A stretch of DNA of 64,000 bases from Bacilli bacterium (lineage in GTDB: Bacteria; Bacillota_I; Bacilli_A; RF39; UBA660), in NCBI GenBank assembly GCA_017435255.1, contig JAFSFI010000011.1:48894-112893 (forward strand), read 5' to 3'. The translations under genes and the position numbers were made by a program. The notes under the pieces were generated by a model. That model did not search any database. It saw only the letters and a program-made list of their open reading frames with translations, and was not told where the DNA came from. Positions 19,331 to 30,182 of the stretch are shown here, piece by piece (position 1 is the stretch's first letter; every line of letters begins with the position of its first letter).

Positions 19331-20917
19331 ATGAGTACTAAAAAAAGAATGAAGTTAAAAAAATTTAGTTTTCATCCCATTACTACTTTTATATTGATGA
19401 CTCTCGGGGTTTTTGTTTTGTCTTGGTTATTATCTTTATTACAATTTCAGGCAACATATACAGTAGTAAGGCCAGAAAACTTAGAATTAGAATCAGTGTT
19501 TGTAACTGTTAAAAATCTAATGAATTATGATGGAATTAAATATTTAATAAGTAATGCAGCGACAAATTTTGCTTCATTTGCACCATTAATAAGTTTATTA
19601 ATTGCTTTAATAGGATTATCTGTTGCACATGCCTCTGGTTTAATCGATACCTTTATTAAAAGAGTCACATTAAATATTAGTAATAAACATCTAACGTTCA
19701 TATTAATATTAGTTGCAATTTTTTCTAGCATTATAAATGATGTGGGATATGTAATTTTAATTCCGTTGGCAGCATTGTTATTTATGTCCAACGGAAGAAG
19801 TCCGTTGTTAGGTGTTGTAGCAGCTTTTTCGGGAGTGTCATTTGGATATGGTGCAACATTGTTTGTTGGATCTATGGAAGTTAATTTGATATCTTTAACG
19901 ACAACAAGTGCTAGATTAATAGATCCTGAATTTCATGTTAGTTTAACATCAAATTTGTTTATAATGATCGCATTTTCTATAGCGTTAGCTATTGTTGGTA
20001 CAATTGTTGTTGAAAATATAGTTGTTAAAAAATTAGGAAAATATAAATTATCATTGGAAGAAACTCAAGAGTTAGAGAAAGTCGGATTTCCTATAGAAGA
20101 ACAAAAAAAAATAGAATTAGAAATTAATGAAAAAAAAGGTTTAAAATGCGCTTACATTTCTGGAATTATAATTATTTTAGTATTTATATATATGCTAATT
20201 CCAAACCTTCCTGGATCTGGAATGCTATTGGATATGAATGAAAAAACATATTTAAAACAGCTATTTGGTAGCAACTCTTATTTTCAAGACGGGTTTTCTT
20301 ATATGGTGACATTGTTTTTTGCAATTACAGGAATAGCATATGGATTTGGTGCTAAAACAATTAAGAGCGATAAACAATTAATAGAGAAAACATCTGAATA
20401 TATTAAAAATACTGGTAGCTTAGTCGCAATTTTATTCTTTGCTTCACAATTTGTTGCTGTATTTAAAGAAAGTAATATTGGAACTGTGATTACGGCGCTA
20501 GGAGTCAACATTATAAAAGATTTATCATTTTCAGGATTACCATTGATTTTATTGGTATTAATTGTTATATTAGTATCTAATTTGTTTATGACTTCTCCTG
20601 CAAGTAAATGGGTAATTCTATCTCCGGTGGTTGTGCCTTTAATGATGCAATCAAACATATCACCGCAATTTGCCCAGTTTATATTAAGAGCAGGTGATTC
20701 AATAACTAAAGGTATTACTCCTTTACTTGCATATTTTGCAATTTATTTGGGATATCTAAACATCTATAACAAAAGCAGGGAACCGATTACTATTAGAAAA
20801 GCAATTTCTTATGCTACGCCTTGCTGTATAGCTATGGGACTTACATGGATATTGCTAATAGTAGGATGGTACTTAATTGGTTTACCAATTGGTCCCGGAG
20901 TGTTCCCAACACTATAG
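19331..20917 (+). CDS. abgT: AbgT family transporter (aminobenzoyl-glutamate/antimetabolite type)
   Basis: VKNLMNYDGIKYLISNAATNFASFAPL matches the E. coli AbgT N-terminal region (VKNLLSVEGLHWFLPNVIKNFSGFAPL). Polytopic, 528 aa. Confidence 0.75.
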   Translation: MSTKKRMKLKKFSFHPITTFILMTLGVFVLSWLLSLLQFQATYTVVRPENLELESVFVTVKNLMNYDGIKYLISNAATNFASFAPLISLLIALIGLSVAHASGLIDTFIKRVTLNISNKHLTFILILVAIFSSIINDVGYVILIPLAALLFMSNGRSPLLGVVAAFSGVSFGYGATLFVGSMEVNLISLTTTSARLIDPEFHVSLTSNLFIMIAFSIALAIVGTIVVENIVVKKLGKYKLSLEETQELEKVGFPIEEQKKIELEINEKKGLKCAYISGIIIILVFIYMLIPNLPGSGMLLDMNEKTYLKQLFGSNSYFQDGFSYMVTLFFAITGIAYGFGAKTIKSDKQLIEKTSEYIKNTGSLVAILFFASQFVAVFKESNIGTVITALGVNIIKDLSFSGLPLILLVLIVILVSNLFMTSPASKWVILSPVVVPLMMQSNISPQFAQFILRAGDSITKGITPLLAYFAIYLGYLNIYNKSREPITIRKAISYATPCCIAMGLTWILLIVGWYLIGLPIGPGVFPTL

Positions 20918-20928
20918 GAGGGTTTATT

Positions 20929-22029
20929 ATGAGTTTAAAAGCAGGTATCGTTGGATTACCTAATGTAGGTAAATCAACTCTTTTTAATGCTATTACCAAA
21001 AAAAATATTTTGGCTGCTAACTATCCTTTTGCAACTATAGATCCAAATGTTGGAATAGTTAATGTTCCGGACGAAAGATTAGTAAAATTGGAAGAAATGT
21101 ATGTTCCGGATAGGTTAATAGCAACAAGTTATGAATTTACTGATATTGCTGGACTAGTTAAAGGCGCATCATTAGGCGAGGGACTAGGAAATAAATTTCT
21201 GTCGCACATTAGAGAAGTAGATGCTATTGTAGAAGTGGTTAGATGTTTTGAAGATACTAATATTATTCATGTGGAAAATACAGTAGACCCAGTAAGAGAC
21301 ATCGAAATAATTAATTTAGAACTAGCTCTATCAGATTTAGAAATCTTAAATAATAGAATAGACAAAATTAAGAAAAAAGCAGAAACAAATCGTGATAAAG
21401 ATGCTTTAGAAGAGGTAAGTATTTTAAAAAGAGCTAAAGAAAATTTAGAACAAAATATTCCACTTAGATTAGTTGATTTTAATGAAGAAGAATTGAACTT
21501 ATTAAGTAGTTTTGCATTTCTTACTATTAAACCTATCATTTATTTGGCAAACGTCAGCGAAGATGAAGTTGCTATAGAAGATAATGTGCATGTTAAAAAG
21601 GTGCGAGAATATGCTAAAAATGAAAAAGCTAAAGTTATTAAAATGTGTGCTAAGTTAGAATCTGAGTTAAGTGAATTAAATGATGAAGATAAAAAAGAGA
21701 TGTTAAGTGCTGTAGGGATAAAAGAAAGTGGTTTAGATAGGCTTATAAGAGAAACATATGATTTATTAGGTCTTGCAACATATTTTACGGTTGGTAAAGA
21801 TGAGGTTCGTGCTTGGACATTTAAAAAAGGGATGAACGCAAAAAAATGTGCAGATATAATTCACACGGATTTTGAAAAAGGTTTTATTAAAGCAGAAGTT
21901 ATGAGTTATGAAGATTTGCTTAAATATGGGGATGAACAAAAAGTAAAAGAAAATGGACGTGCCCGCCTTGAAGGTAAAGATTATGTTATGCAGGATGGAG
22001 ATATATGTTATTTTAGATTTAATGTATAA
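20929..22029 (+). CDS. ychF: ribosome-binding ATPase YchF
   Basis: [17 protein letters not shown] start, preceded by SD AGGAGGG; 366 aa. The track N-terminal extension from 20821 overlaps abgT and is rejected. Confidence 0.95.
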   Translation: MSLKAGIVGLPNVGKSTLFNAITKKNILAANYPFATIDPNVGIVNVPDERLVKLEEMYVPDRLIATSYEFTDIAGLVKGASLGEGLGNKFLSHIREVDAIVEVVRCFEDTNIIHVENTVDPVRDIEIINLELALSDLEILNNRIDKIKKKAETNRDKDALEEVSILKRAKENLEQNIPLRLVDFNEEELNLLSSFAFLTIKPIIYLANVSEDEVAIEDNVHVKKVREYAKNEKAKVIKMCAKLESELSELNDEDKKEMLSAVGIKESGLDRLIRETYDLLGLATYFTVGKDEVRAWTFKKGMNAKKCADIIHTDFEKGFIKAEVMSYEDLLKYGDEQKVKENGRARLEGKDYVMQDGDICYFRFNV

Positions 22030-22038
22030 TAAAAAATA

Positions 22039-22066
22039 AGTATGGACAAAAATCCATACTTTTGTT
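22039..22066 (+). terminator. intrinsic terminator after ychF
   Basis: AGTATGGA-CAAAAA-TCCATACT followed by TTTGTT. Confidence 0.65.
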
Positions 22067-22144
22067 ATACTACTTGCGAGTATTAAGTTACTCCTTGCTT
22101 CATTCGTGGAAATGAGGCCATAAGTCCAAAAGGAGGTGTAAAAA

Positions 22145-22435
22145 ATGAATAAATATGAAATTATGTTCATTGTAAAACCAGATCTAGAAGAAGCTAATAT
22201 CAAAAGCGTTATGGAATCAATGAAAACTTTAGTTGAAGAAAAAGGCGCAAAAGTGTTAGAAGTAAAAGAAATGGGTCAAAGAGAACTTGCTTACGAAATT
22301 AACAAATATAAGATGGGTTATTATTTCTTATTCGTAATCGAATCTGAAAATAATGATGCAACTGTAGAGTTTGATCGTGTAGCTTTAATCAATGAAAATA
22401 TCATTCGTCACTTAATTGTTAAAGTTGAAGAATAA
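22145..22435 (+). CDS. rpsF: 30S ribosomal protein S6
   Basis: MNKYEIMFIVKPDLEE N-terminus; rpsF-ssb-rpsR operon. Confidence 0.95.
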   Translation: MNKYEIMFIVKPDLEEANIKSVMESMKTLVEEKGAKVLEVKEMGQRELAYEINKYKMGYYFLFVIESENNDATVEFDRVALINENIIRHLIVKVEE

Positions 22436-22455
22436 TATAGGATAGGAGTCGAGTT

Positions 22456-22929
22456 ATGAATAAAGTATTTTTAATAGGAAGATTAACAAGAGATCCTGAA
22501 TTAAGATACACTAGTTCTAATTTACCTGTTGCGACATTTAGTTTAGCAGTAAATAGAAACTTTACAAATCAATCAGGAGAAAGAGAAGCAGATTTTATTA
22601 ATATTGTTGTTTGGAGAAAACAGGCAGAAAATATTAAAAATTATTTAACACAGGGTAGTCAAGTGGCGATAGATGGAAGAATTCAGACTAGAACTTATGA
22701 TGGAGAAGACGGAAAAAAACGCTACATTACAGAAGTTGTTGCAGATAATGTACAATTTTTAGATAGCAAGGGAAGTAGAGATGTAAATATGTCTTCATCC
22801 AATAGTGGTTACAATGATGTAACACCAAGTGATTTTTCTGACAGTATGACTACTACTAATGTTAAAAATGATCCTTTCTCAGATTTTGGTTCAAGTATAG
22901 AAATCAATGATGATGAATTACCATTCTAA
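22456..22929 (+). CDS. ssb: single-stranded DNA-binding protein
   Basis: OB fold N-terminus ([19 protein letters not shown]); acidic C-terminal tip DDELPF. Confidence 0.95.
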   Translation: MNKVFLIGRLTRDPELRYTSSNLPVATFSLAVNRNFTNQSGEREADFINIVVWRKQAENIKNYLTQGSQVAIDGRIQTRTYDGEDGKKRYITEVVADNVQFLDSKGSRDVNMSSSNSGYNDVTPSDFSDSMTTTNVKNDPFSDFGSSIEINDDELPF

Positions 22930-22943
22930 AAAGGAGGATTACA

Positions 22944-23159
22944 ATGGCAGAATTTTATAGAAAAAAGAAAAAAGTTTGCTACATGTGTACAGGAAAAAAT
23001 ATAGATTATAAAGATGTTGAAACTTTAAAGAGATATATTAATGAAAGAGGTAAAATTTTACCTAGACGTGTTACTGGAGCATGTGCTAAACACCAAAGAC
23101 ATATAGCTGAACAAATCAAAAGAGCTAGAGCTATTGCTTTATTACCATATACAAAATAA
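22944..23159 (+). CDS. rpsR: 30S ribosomal protein S18
   Basis: 71 aa; ...[24 protein letters not shown]... S18 signature. Confidence 0.95.
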   Translation: MAEFYRKKKKVCYMCTGKNIDYKDVETLKRYINERGKILPRRVTGACAKHQRHIAEQIKRARAIALLPYTK

Positions 23160-23179
23160 GATACGAAAGTATCTTTTTT
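23159..23179 (+). terminator. intrinsic terminator after rpsR
   Basis: AGATAC-GAAA-GTATCT followed by TTTTT. Confidence 0.7.
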
Positions 23180-23272
23180 ATTTTTATGTAAATGATTGTA
23201 AAAAACGTCAAAAAAAATTGTTTGTTGATAATCTAAAATGATATAATATATATTGATAAGGTAGGTGATAAA

Positions 23273-23593
23273 ATGGCAAGCAAAAAAAGGGTTGTAAAAA
23301 AGGCTAAAAAACAAACTTTTAGATTTTTAATTTTTGGTTTAGCTTGTATTTTTATCATTGGAGGAATATTAACTTCTTTTGCTAAAGTTTGGGTACAAAT
23401 ATATGACAAATATAAAGAAAAAAATGAGCTAGAAGAAAAAATATTAGCATTGAAAGAAGAAGAAGAACAATTAACCGTAGATGTAGAGCGTCTTCAAGAT
23501 CCGGAGTATGTGGCAAGATATTTAAGAGAGAAATATTTTTATTCAAAAAATGGCGAATATATAATTCGAATACCAGAAGAGAGCAAAAAATAA
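23273..23593 (+). CDS. divIC: septum formation initiator (DivIC/FtsB family)
   Basis: Single N-terminal TM, then a coiled coil, then DPEYVARYLREKY, typical of DivIC/FtsB. Confidence 0.75.
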   Translation: MASKKRVVKKAKKQTFRFLIFGLACIFIIGGILTSFAKVWVQIYDKYKEKNELEEKILALKEEEEQLTVDVERLQDPEYVARYLREKYFYSKNGEYIIRIPEESKK

Positions 23594-23675
23594 TGCTCTT
23601 TTCTTTATTTTGTGATATTATACTTAATATGTTATTAAATTAATTTTATTAATTAATTCGTTAGGTGGTGGAGTA

Positions 23676-25004
23676 ATGAAAAAAGTATATGATTTTTTAG
23701 AAAAAGATATTGAGTTAACTAATCGAGATACAATTGTAGTCGGATGTTCTGGAGGGCCAGATTCTATGGCGCTTATGAATATATTGATGGATATCAGGAA
23801 AAAGAAGAATTTGCTTTTAATTTGTGCTCACGTTAATCACAATGTTAGAAAAGAAAGTCGTGAAGAAGAGAGATTTATGCAGGAATATTGCGCCAACAAT
23901 GGCATTGTTTTTGAGTCAATGACAATAGAGGCTTATGGAGACGACAACTTTCATAACGAAGCTAGAAAAATAAGATATCGTTTTTTTGAGGAAGTTGTTA
24001 GCAAATATCAAGCAAAATATCTCATGACCGCACATCATGGAGATGATTTGATAGAGACAATTCTTATGAGAATTGTCAGAGGGTCAACATTAAAAGGGTA
24101 TGCCGGATTTGAAAGAATAATAAAGAACGAAAAGTATACCTTGATAAGACCACTTATTTTTGTCACTAAAAAGGAAATAAAAAAATATAATGACAAAAAC
24201 AACGTTCCTTATGTTGTTGATAAATCTAATTTTAAGGGAAAATATACTAGAAATAGATATAGAAAAGATATATTGCCATTTTTAAAGAGGGAAGATGAAC
24301 TGGTCCATAACAAATTTTTAAAATTTAGTGACACTTTAATAGAATATAGCAATTATATAGACAACATAATTCAAAAAGAAATAAGGCGTGTTTATGTTGA
24401 TGATTATATTAAAATACCTCTCTTTTTGACTAAGGAAGAATTAATTCAAAAAAAGATTATCTTTTATATATTGGAGCAAATATATAACGATGATTTAAAC
24501 CAAATTAATACTACGCATGTATTATCTATTATTAAACTAATGAAATCAAAAAGGTCTAGCGGAAGTATAAATCTTCCTGGAAGTTATAAAGTTATAAAAG
24601 AATATGATGTTTTAAGGATTAAACAAGAAGTAGATTATATAGGTTCGTATGAAATAGAGATTGATAAATTTGTTGAACTTCCTCGAGGGAGAACTATACA
24701 AGTTGTGGATTTTGAAGAAAAGAACGACAACAATGTTTGTAGATTGTTGTCCAGCGAAATAGTGTTACCGTTATATGTTAGAACCAGGAAACTTGGAGAT
24801 AAAATCTCCTTAAAAAAAATTAATGGTAAACAAAAGTTAAAACAAATTTTCATCGATAAAAAAGTTCCAGTTTCTTTGAGGGATGATTGGCCCGTTGTTG
24901 TAGATAGTAATGATAATATTTTGTGGATACCCGGTATAAAAAAATCTAAATTTTCTAAGCACAAGAATGAAAGTTATGATATAATATTAAAATGTAACCA
25001 GTAA
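23676..25004 (+). CDS. tilS: tRNA(Ile)-lysidine synthase
   Basis: PP-loop VGCSGGPDS; 442 aa; upstream of ftsH. Confidence 0.92.
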   Translation: MKKVYDFLEKDIELTNRDTIVVGCSGGPDSMALMNILMDIRKKKNLLLICAHVNHNVRKESREEERFMQEYCANNGIVFESMTIEAYGDDNFHNEARKIRYRFFEEVVSKYQAKYLMTAHHGDDLIETILMRIVRGSTLKGYAGFERIIKNEKYTLIRPLIFVTKKEIKKYNDKNNVPYVVDKSNFKGKYTRNRYRKDILPFLKREDELVHNKFLKFSDTLIEYSNYIDNIIQKEIRRVYVDDYIKIPLFLTKEELIQKKIIFYILEQIYNDDLNQINTTHVLSIIKLMKSKRSSGSINLPGSYKVIKEYDVLRIKQEVDYIGSYEIEIDKFVELPRGRTIQVVDFEEKNDNNVCRLLSSEIVLPLYVRTRKLGDKISLKKINGKQKLKQIFIDKKVPVSLRDDWPVVVDSNDNILWIPGIKKSKFSKHKNESYDIILKCNQ

Positions 25005-25015
25005 AGGAGGATATT

Positions 25016-26977
25016 ATGAACAAAAAGAATGTCAAAAGAGGGTTATTGCCTTACGTATTTTTGATTTTATTAATAATGGTTGTTTATTATGTATTTAATG
25101 TTGTTAATGAAAAGGTTAATACTTTTACTTATGATCAATTTATAAACGAATTAAACAATAAAACGGTCACTGAGGTTTCGATTGTTCCAAGAGAAAGAGC
25201 AATGGTATATGAGATAACAGGAAAATTATCTTCATATGAAGATAACGAATCGTTTTATGTAAAAGCGCCTTTATCTGATGAAGTTGTAAAATCAATTTTA
25301 TCCACAGATGAAAAAGAGTTAGGATATAAAGTTGATTGGAATACAGATCCAGAATCAAGCTCATTTATGCTAATTTTGGTTAATGTATTACCGATGGTAA
25401 TATTAATTGTAGGAGCTTTCTTTATATTTTCAAAACAAATGGGTAGTGCAGGAAAATCTATGGATTTTGGAAAGAGCAAAGCAAGGCTTAATGACGAGAA
25501 AAATAAAGTCACATTTAAAGATGTTGCAGGATTAAAAGAAGAAAAAGAAGAAGTTAGAGAACTTATTGACTTCTTAAAAAATCCTAAAAAATTCCAAAAA
25601 TTAGGGGCTAGAATTCCTAAAGGTGTATTATTGGTGGGACCTCCTGGAACAGGTAAGACTTTGCTTGCAAAAGCAGTTGCTGGAGAAGCGAATGTTCCGT
25701 TTTATTACATAAGTGGATCTGATTTTGTTGAATTATTTGTTGGTGTTGGAGCATCTCGTGTTAGAGATATGTTTAAACAGGCTAAACATAATGCACCTTG
25801 TTTAATCTTTATTGATGAAATAGATGCAGTTGGCCGCCAAAGAGGAACAGGATTGGGTGGAGGACACGATGAACGTGAACAAACACTAAACCAATTGCTT
25901 ACTGAAATGGATGGATTTGGCGCAAACGAGGGAATTATAATTATAGCTGCAACAAATAGAGCCGATGTGTTAGACCCTGCATTACTTCGTCCAGGAAGAT
26001 TTGATAGACAAGTAACAGTAAACTTGCCTGATAAAAAAGGAAGAGAAGAAATATTAGCAGTACATGCTAGAAACAAGGTTTTAGCGCCTACTGTAACACT
26101 AAGTAATTTAGCAAAAAGAACCCCAGGGTTTAGTGGAGCAGACTTAGAAAACTTATTAAATGAGGCTGCGTTACTTGCAGTAAGACGCAACAAAGATTCT
26201 ATTACAATGAGTGAGGTTGATGAAGCGACAGACCGTGTATTAATGGGTCCCGCTAAATTAAGCAAAAAATATACAGAAAAAGAAAAGAAACTAGTAGCAT
26301 ATCACGAAGCTGGTCATGTTGTATTAGGTTTAAAACTAGACGATGCAAACGATGTTCAAAAGGTAACTATCATTCCCAGAAGCTATGCTGGCGGATATGC
26401 AATGATGATTCCTAAAGAAGAAAAATATACATCTACGAAAAAGGAATTAATTGAACGCATTACCGGCCTTCTTGGTGGTCGTGTTTCAGAAGAACTTAAT
26501 TTTGGAGAAGTTACAACAGGAGCACATAACGATTTTGAAAAAGCAACAAAGATTGCTAGAAGTATGGTTACGGAATACGGTATGAGCGATTTAGGTCCGG
26601 TACAACTTGAACAACAAGAAGGTGGCGTATTTCTGGGAAGAGATTATAATAAAAGTCGCAATTTCTCTAATGAAGTGGCCCACGAAATCGACTTAGAGAT
26701 GAGGAAAATAATTGATGAGTGTTATGAAAACGCTAAAAAAATATTAAAAGAAAACGAAGACTTAGTAAAACTTATCGCAGAAGCATTGTTAGAACACGAA
26801 ACGCTAACTAAGGAGCAAATTGAATATTTAGCAGAACACAAAGAAATGCCAAAAGAAGAAACAAGTTATGAAACATATAGTATGACTGAACTTAGAATGA
26901 TTGCAAAAGAAAAAGGTTTAAAGGGTTATACAAAAATGACAAAGGAAGAGTTAATGGAAGAACTTAAGAAAATTTAA
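25016..26977 (+). CDS. ftsH: ATP-dependent zinc metalloprotease FtsH (with extra C-terminal Rho_N/SAP-like module)
   Basis: Two N-terminal TMs, Walker A GPPGTGKT, zinc motif HEAGH. The C-terminal 33 aa are [33 protein letters not shown]. Confidence 0.96.
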   Translation: MNKKNVKRGLLPYVFLILLIMVVYYVFNVVNEKVNTFTYDQFINELNNKTVTEVSIVPRERAMVYEITGKLSSYEDNESFYVKAPLSDEVVKSILSTDEKELGYKVDWNTDPESSSFMLILVNVLPMVILIVGAFFIFSKQMGSAGKSMDFGKSKARLNDEKNKVTFKDVAGLKEEKEEVRELIDFLKNPKKFQKLGARIPKGVLLVGPPGTGKTLLAKAVAGEANVPFYYISGSDFVELFVGVGASRVRDMFKQAKHNAPCLIFIDEIDAVGRQRGTGLGGGHDEREQTLNQLLTEMDGFGANEGIIIIAATNRADVLDPALLRPGRFDRQVTVNLPDKKGREEILAVHARNKVLAPTVTLSNLAKRTPGFSGADLENLLNEAALLAVRRNKDSITMSEVDEATDRVLMGPAKLSKKYTEKEKKLVAYHEAGHVVLGLKLDDANDVQKVTIIPRSYAGGYAMMIPKEEKYTSTKKELIERITGLLGGRVSEELNFGEVTTGAHNDFEKATKIARSMVTEYGMSDLGPVQLEQQEGGVFLGRDYNKSRNFSNEVAHEIDLEMRKIIDECYENAKKILKENEDLVKLIAEALLEHETLTKEQIEYLAEHKEMPKEETSYETYSMTELRMIAKEKGLKGYTKMTKEELMEELKKI

Positions 26978-26986
26978 GTTCTTTTT
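26960..26986 (+). terminator. intrinsic terminator overlapping ftsH stop
   Basis: GAACTTAA-GAAAAT-TTAAGTTC followed by TTTTT. Confidence 0.6.
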
Positions 26987-27032
26987 CTTTAATTGAAATA
27001 GAAATAGTGTTATAATCAGTGCAGGTGATTTT

Positions 27033-28016
27033 ATGTGGAAAATCGGTAATGTTGAAATTAGTAACAAAGTTGTTTTAGCGCCTATGGCAGGCATTTGCAA
27101 TTCTAGTTTTAGAAGAATTTGCAAGGAAATGGGCGCGGGACTAATTTATGCTGAAATGGTTAGTGACAAAGCAATTTTTTATAATAACAAAAAAACTATA
27201 GATATGTTAGAAATGAGAGAAGAAGAACGCCCAATTGTTCAACAAATATTTGGGAGTGATAAAGAATCTTTTGTTATTGCAGCCAAATATATATATGAAA
27301 ATATGCGCCCCGATATTATAGATATTAATATGGGGTGTCCTGTTCCTAAGGTAGCAGTTAGAGCTCAAGCTGGTTCTGCATTGCTAAAAAATCCTGAAAA
27401 AATAAAAGAAATAGTGACTGCTGTAGTAGAAACTGTTCCTATACCTGTAACAGTTAAAATTAGGAGTGGGTGGGACCAAAATAATATTAACGCCGTTGAA
27501 GTGGCAAAAATATGTGAATCAGCAGGTGCTTCCGCCATTTGCATACATGGTCGCACTAGAAGCCAAGGATACACTGGTAAAGCTAATTGGGAAATTATAA
27601 AAAAAGTAAAAGAAGCTGTTAAAATTCCTGTTATTGGTAATGGCGATATAATAGATATTTATAGTGCAAAGGAAATGTTGGATTATACTGGTTGTGATGC
27701 AATCATGGTAGGACGCGCTGTTTTGGGAAATCCCTGGTTAATTAGAAACATAGTTGAATATTTAGAATGCAAAAAAATTCCAGATCCAATCAGCTCTTTA
27801 GAGAAAGTTGACATGTGTCTAAAACATTTAAATTATTTGCAACAAATAAAAGATGAGAAAGTGGCCGTTCTTGAAATAAGGAATCATATTGCGTGGTATT
27901 TGAAAGGTCTAAATAGATCAAATGAAATTAAAAATAAAATCTATCAAACTAAGAAAATAAATGATATAATTAATATATTAAAAAATTATAAGGAAGATTT
28001 TAAAGGAGATGAATAA
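27033..28016 (+). CDS. dusB: tRNA-dihydrouridine synthase
   Basis: Dus family pattern (VVLAPMAGICNSSFRR, DINMGCP, HGRTR); 327 aa. Confidence 0.9.
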   Translation: MWKIGNVEISNKVVLAPMAGICNSSFRRICKEMGAGLIYAEMVSDKAIFYNNKKTIDMLEMREEERPIVQQIFGSDKESFVIAAKYIYENMRPDIIDINMGCPVPKVAVRAQAGSALLKNPEKIKEIVTAVVETVPIPVTVKIRSGWDQNNINAVEVAKICESAGASAICIHGRTRSQGYTGKANWEIIKKVKEAVKIPVIGNGDIIDIYSAKEMLDYTGCDAIMVGRAVLGNPWLIRNIVEYLECKKIPDPISSLEKVDMCLKHLNYLQQIKDEKVAVLEIRNHIAWYLKGLNRSNEIKNKIYQTKKINDIINILKNYKEDFKGDE

Positions 28017-28019
28017 AAT

Positions 28020-28592
28020 ATGTTTTTTAGAAGAATAGGTGCTTATATTTTAGATTGTATTATCTTATTTTTTGCAATAACGATTGTTAATTTGTTTATT
28101 CCAGTAAGTCCAGAAACTGCTGAAATAAGCAACAAATTAGTTAACTTGGCGAATGACTATATTGAAGAAAAAATTAGTGTAGAAGAATTTAATAAAGAAA
28201 GTGCTAATTTAAATTACAAATTATCAAAAGAAACATATATTTCAACAGTTGTATCAATTGTTATTTATATACTTTACTTTGTTGTGTTTCAGGCGTATAA
28301 TAATGGCCAAACACTGGGAAAAAAAGTGTTTAAAATACAAGTTGTTAAAAACGACGACTCTATGGTCGATATAAATACATTGTTAATTAGAAGTTTAATT
28401 CCATATGGAATACTAGTTAATTTTATATCGCTAGTCCTTATATTGTTTGTTGGAAAAGGTCTATACAATAATATAAGTACTATTTTGAGCAATACGCATC
28501 TTATAGTGATCTTTATTACAATTATAATGATGATGTTCAAATCTAGAGGAGTGCATGATTATTTAGCTAAAACTAAGATAGAACAAGTTTAG
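28020..28592 (+). CDS. RDD family membrane protein
   Basis: N-terminal FRRIGAYILDCIILFF, RDD-like, with multiple TM segments. Confidence 0.6.
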   Translation: MFFRRIGAYILDCIILFFAITIVNLFIPVSPETAEISNKLVNLANDYIEEKISVEEFNKESANLNYKLSKETYISTVVSIVIYILYFVVFQAYNNGQTLGKKVFKIQVVKNDDSMVDINTLLIRSLIPYGILVNFISLVLILFVGKGLYNNISTILSNTHLIVIFITIIMMMFKSRGVHDYLAKTKIEQV

Positions 28593-28607
28593 AATGGAGT
28601 GACATAT

Positions 28608-30080
28608 ATGAGAGAGTTTTCAGAACAAGAGGTAGTTAGAAGAGAAAAAGTAGAAGAAATAAAAAAGGTTTGTAATCCATATCCAGAAAGATATGAAATT
28701 ACACACAGATTAAAAGATGCTGCCCAATTGGAAGATGAAACCCAAGGGGTTAGAGTAGCTGGAAGAATAGTTTTTATGAGAAAAATGGGTAAATTAAGCT
28801 TTATAAAAATTAGAGACATAGAAGCAGATTTACAACTTTCAATCAAAATAGATGTTGTTGGAGATGAAAGATACAATTTCTTTAAAGATAGTTTTGATTT
28901 GGGTGATTTTATTGGTGCTGAAGGAGAAATATTTACAACGCATACAGGAGAAAAGACATTGCGTGCTTCTTCTTTTGAATTTTTAGGTAAAGCATTAAGA
29001 CCGTTGCCAGAAAAGTTCCACGGACTAACAGACATTGAACAAAAATATAGACAAAGATATACAGATTTAATAATGAATGAAGAATCTAGAAGAGTATTTT
29101 TAGGAAGAAGTAAATTATATGCTTTTATCCACGATTATTTAGGTAAAAATGGATTTTTACAAGTGGAAACGCCAATTTTACAAAATGCTGTTTGTGGTGC
29201 TTCTGCTAAACCATTTTATACACATCATAACGCTTTAGATATTGAATGTAATTTAAGAATTGCACCTGAAACGTATCTAAAACAATGCATAGCTGGTGGC
29301 TTTGACAGAGTGTATGAAGTTGCAAAATGTTTTAGAAACGAAGGTATGGATGCTGAACATTTACAAGAATTCACTCAAGTAGAGTGGTATGCTTCATATT
29401 GGAATTTTGAAGATAATATAAAATTTTATCAAAACTTTATTAAAAACCTTCTTTTAGAGTTAGTTGGTACTACTACTCTTGAATATCAAGGTCACACGTT
29501 AGATTTTGGTAAAGAAAATTGGAATAGAATTAATTATGTAGAAAAAATGACAGAGGTATTTGGTTTTGACTTCTTAAACATAGAAGATCCGAATGAGTTA
29601 AAAGACAAAATCGTAGAAAAAGGATTGTTTAGTTATAATGATTTAGAAGAATACAAATCATTAAGTCAAATTATTGATTTTTGTTATAAAAGAAAAGTAA
29701 GAGAAAATATTATAGAACCTACAATTATCTATAATTATCCAGCGGTTCTTATACCTTTAGCTCGTCGTAACGATGAAGACCCAAAAAGAATAGATGTTTT
29801 CCAAGTTTTAGCGGCTAAAACAGAATTGTGCAAAGCTTATTCCGAATTAGTAAATCCAATTACACAAAGAGAGGCTTTTCTTGAGCAGTTAAAAGCTAAA
29901 GAACAGGGCGATGATGAAACGATGGATTTAGATGAGACTTTCTTGTCCGCAATGGAACAAGGTATGCCTCCAATATCTGGATTAGGATTTGGTATAGATA
30001 GATTAATGATGATTATATATAATCAACCTTCTATAAGAGATGTAGTATTATTTCCTCTTATGAGGCCTTTAGATAAATAA
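28608..30080 (+). CDS. lysS: lysine--tRNA ligase (class II)
   Basis: Class II LysRS sequence (VVRREK..., FRNEG motif 2, GxGxGIDR motif 3). ATG at 28608 with SD GGAG 8 nt upstream is preferred over the track GTG at 28599. Confidence 0.95.
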   Translation: MREFSEQEVVRREKVEEIKKVCNPYPERYEITHRLKDAAQLEDETQGVRVAGRIVFMRKMGKLSFIKIRDIEADLQLSIKIDVVGDERYNFFKDSFDLGDFIGAEGEIFTTHTGEKTLRASSFEFLGKALRPLPEKFHGLTDIEQKYRQRYTDLIMNEESRRVFLGRSKLYAFIHDYLGKNGFLQVETPILQNAVCGASAKPFYTHHNALDIECNLRIAPETYLKQCIAGGFDRVYEVAKCFRNEGMDAEHLQEFTQVEWYASYWNFEDNIKFYQNFIKNLLLELVGTTTLEYQGHTLDFGKENWNRINYVEKMTEVFGFDFLNIEDPNELKDKIVEKGLFSYNDLEEYKSLSQIIDFCYKRKVRENIIEPTIIYNYPAVLIPLARRNDEDPKRIDVFQVLAAKTELCKAYSELVNPITQREAFLEQLKAKEQGDDETMDLDETFLSAMEQGMPPISGLGFGIDRLMMIIYNQPSIRDVVLFPLMRPLDK

Positions 30081-30103
30081 AAGCAGAAATACTGCTTTTT
30101 TTT
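30081..30103 (+). terminator. intrinsic terminator after lysS
   Basis: AAGCAG-AAATA-CTGCTT followed by a T-run. Confidence 0.7.
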
Positions 30104-30182
30104 AATGAATAAACCATCAAATTTGTTCTAAAAACTTGTTTTTACAATAAATTGTTGTATAATAAATAATGGGAGGGTTAAT

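Noticed and set aside
20821-20928. N-terminal extensions suggested by the ORF track (ychF 20821, rnpA 10033, rplK 51607, trxB 48194, yqeG 43572, second yitT 35958, clpC 31635, lysS 28599, prfB 34078)
   Set aside because: In each case a downstream start with a proper SD reproduces the conserved N-terminus of the family. The extension overlaps the upstream gene or the SD itself.
22067-22144. Possible S6:S18-binding leader upstream of rpsF
   Set aside because: A small hairpin (GAGTA..TACTC) exists, but I cannot match it to the published motif from memory. It is left unannotated pending a covariance-model search.
25705-26265. 186-codon antisense ORF inside ftsH, with similar ones at 28589-29035 (lysS), 21766-22203 (ychF/rpsF), 31982-32404 and 33617-33994 (clpC), and 3211-4080 (gyrB)
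   Set aside because: All lie opposite confidently identified conserved genes. Their products are low-complexity or hydrophobic, as expected from antisense reading of AT-rich coding DNA, and they lack ribosome-binding sites.
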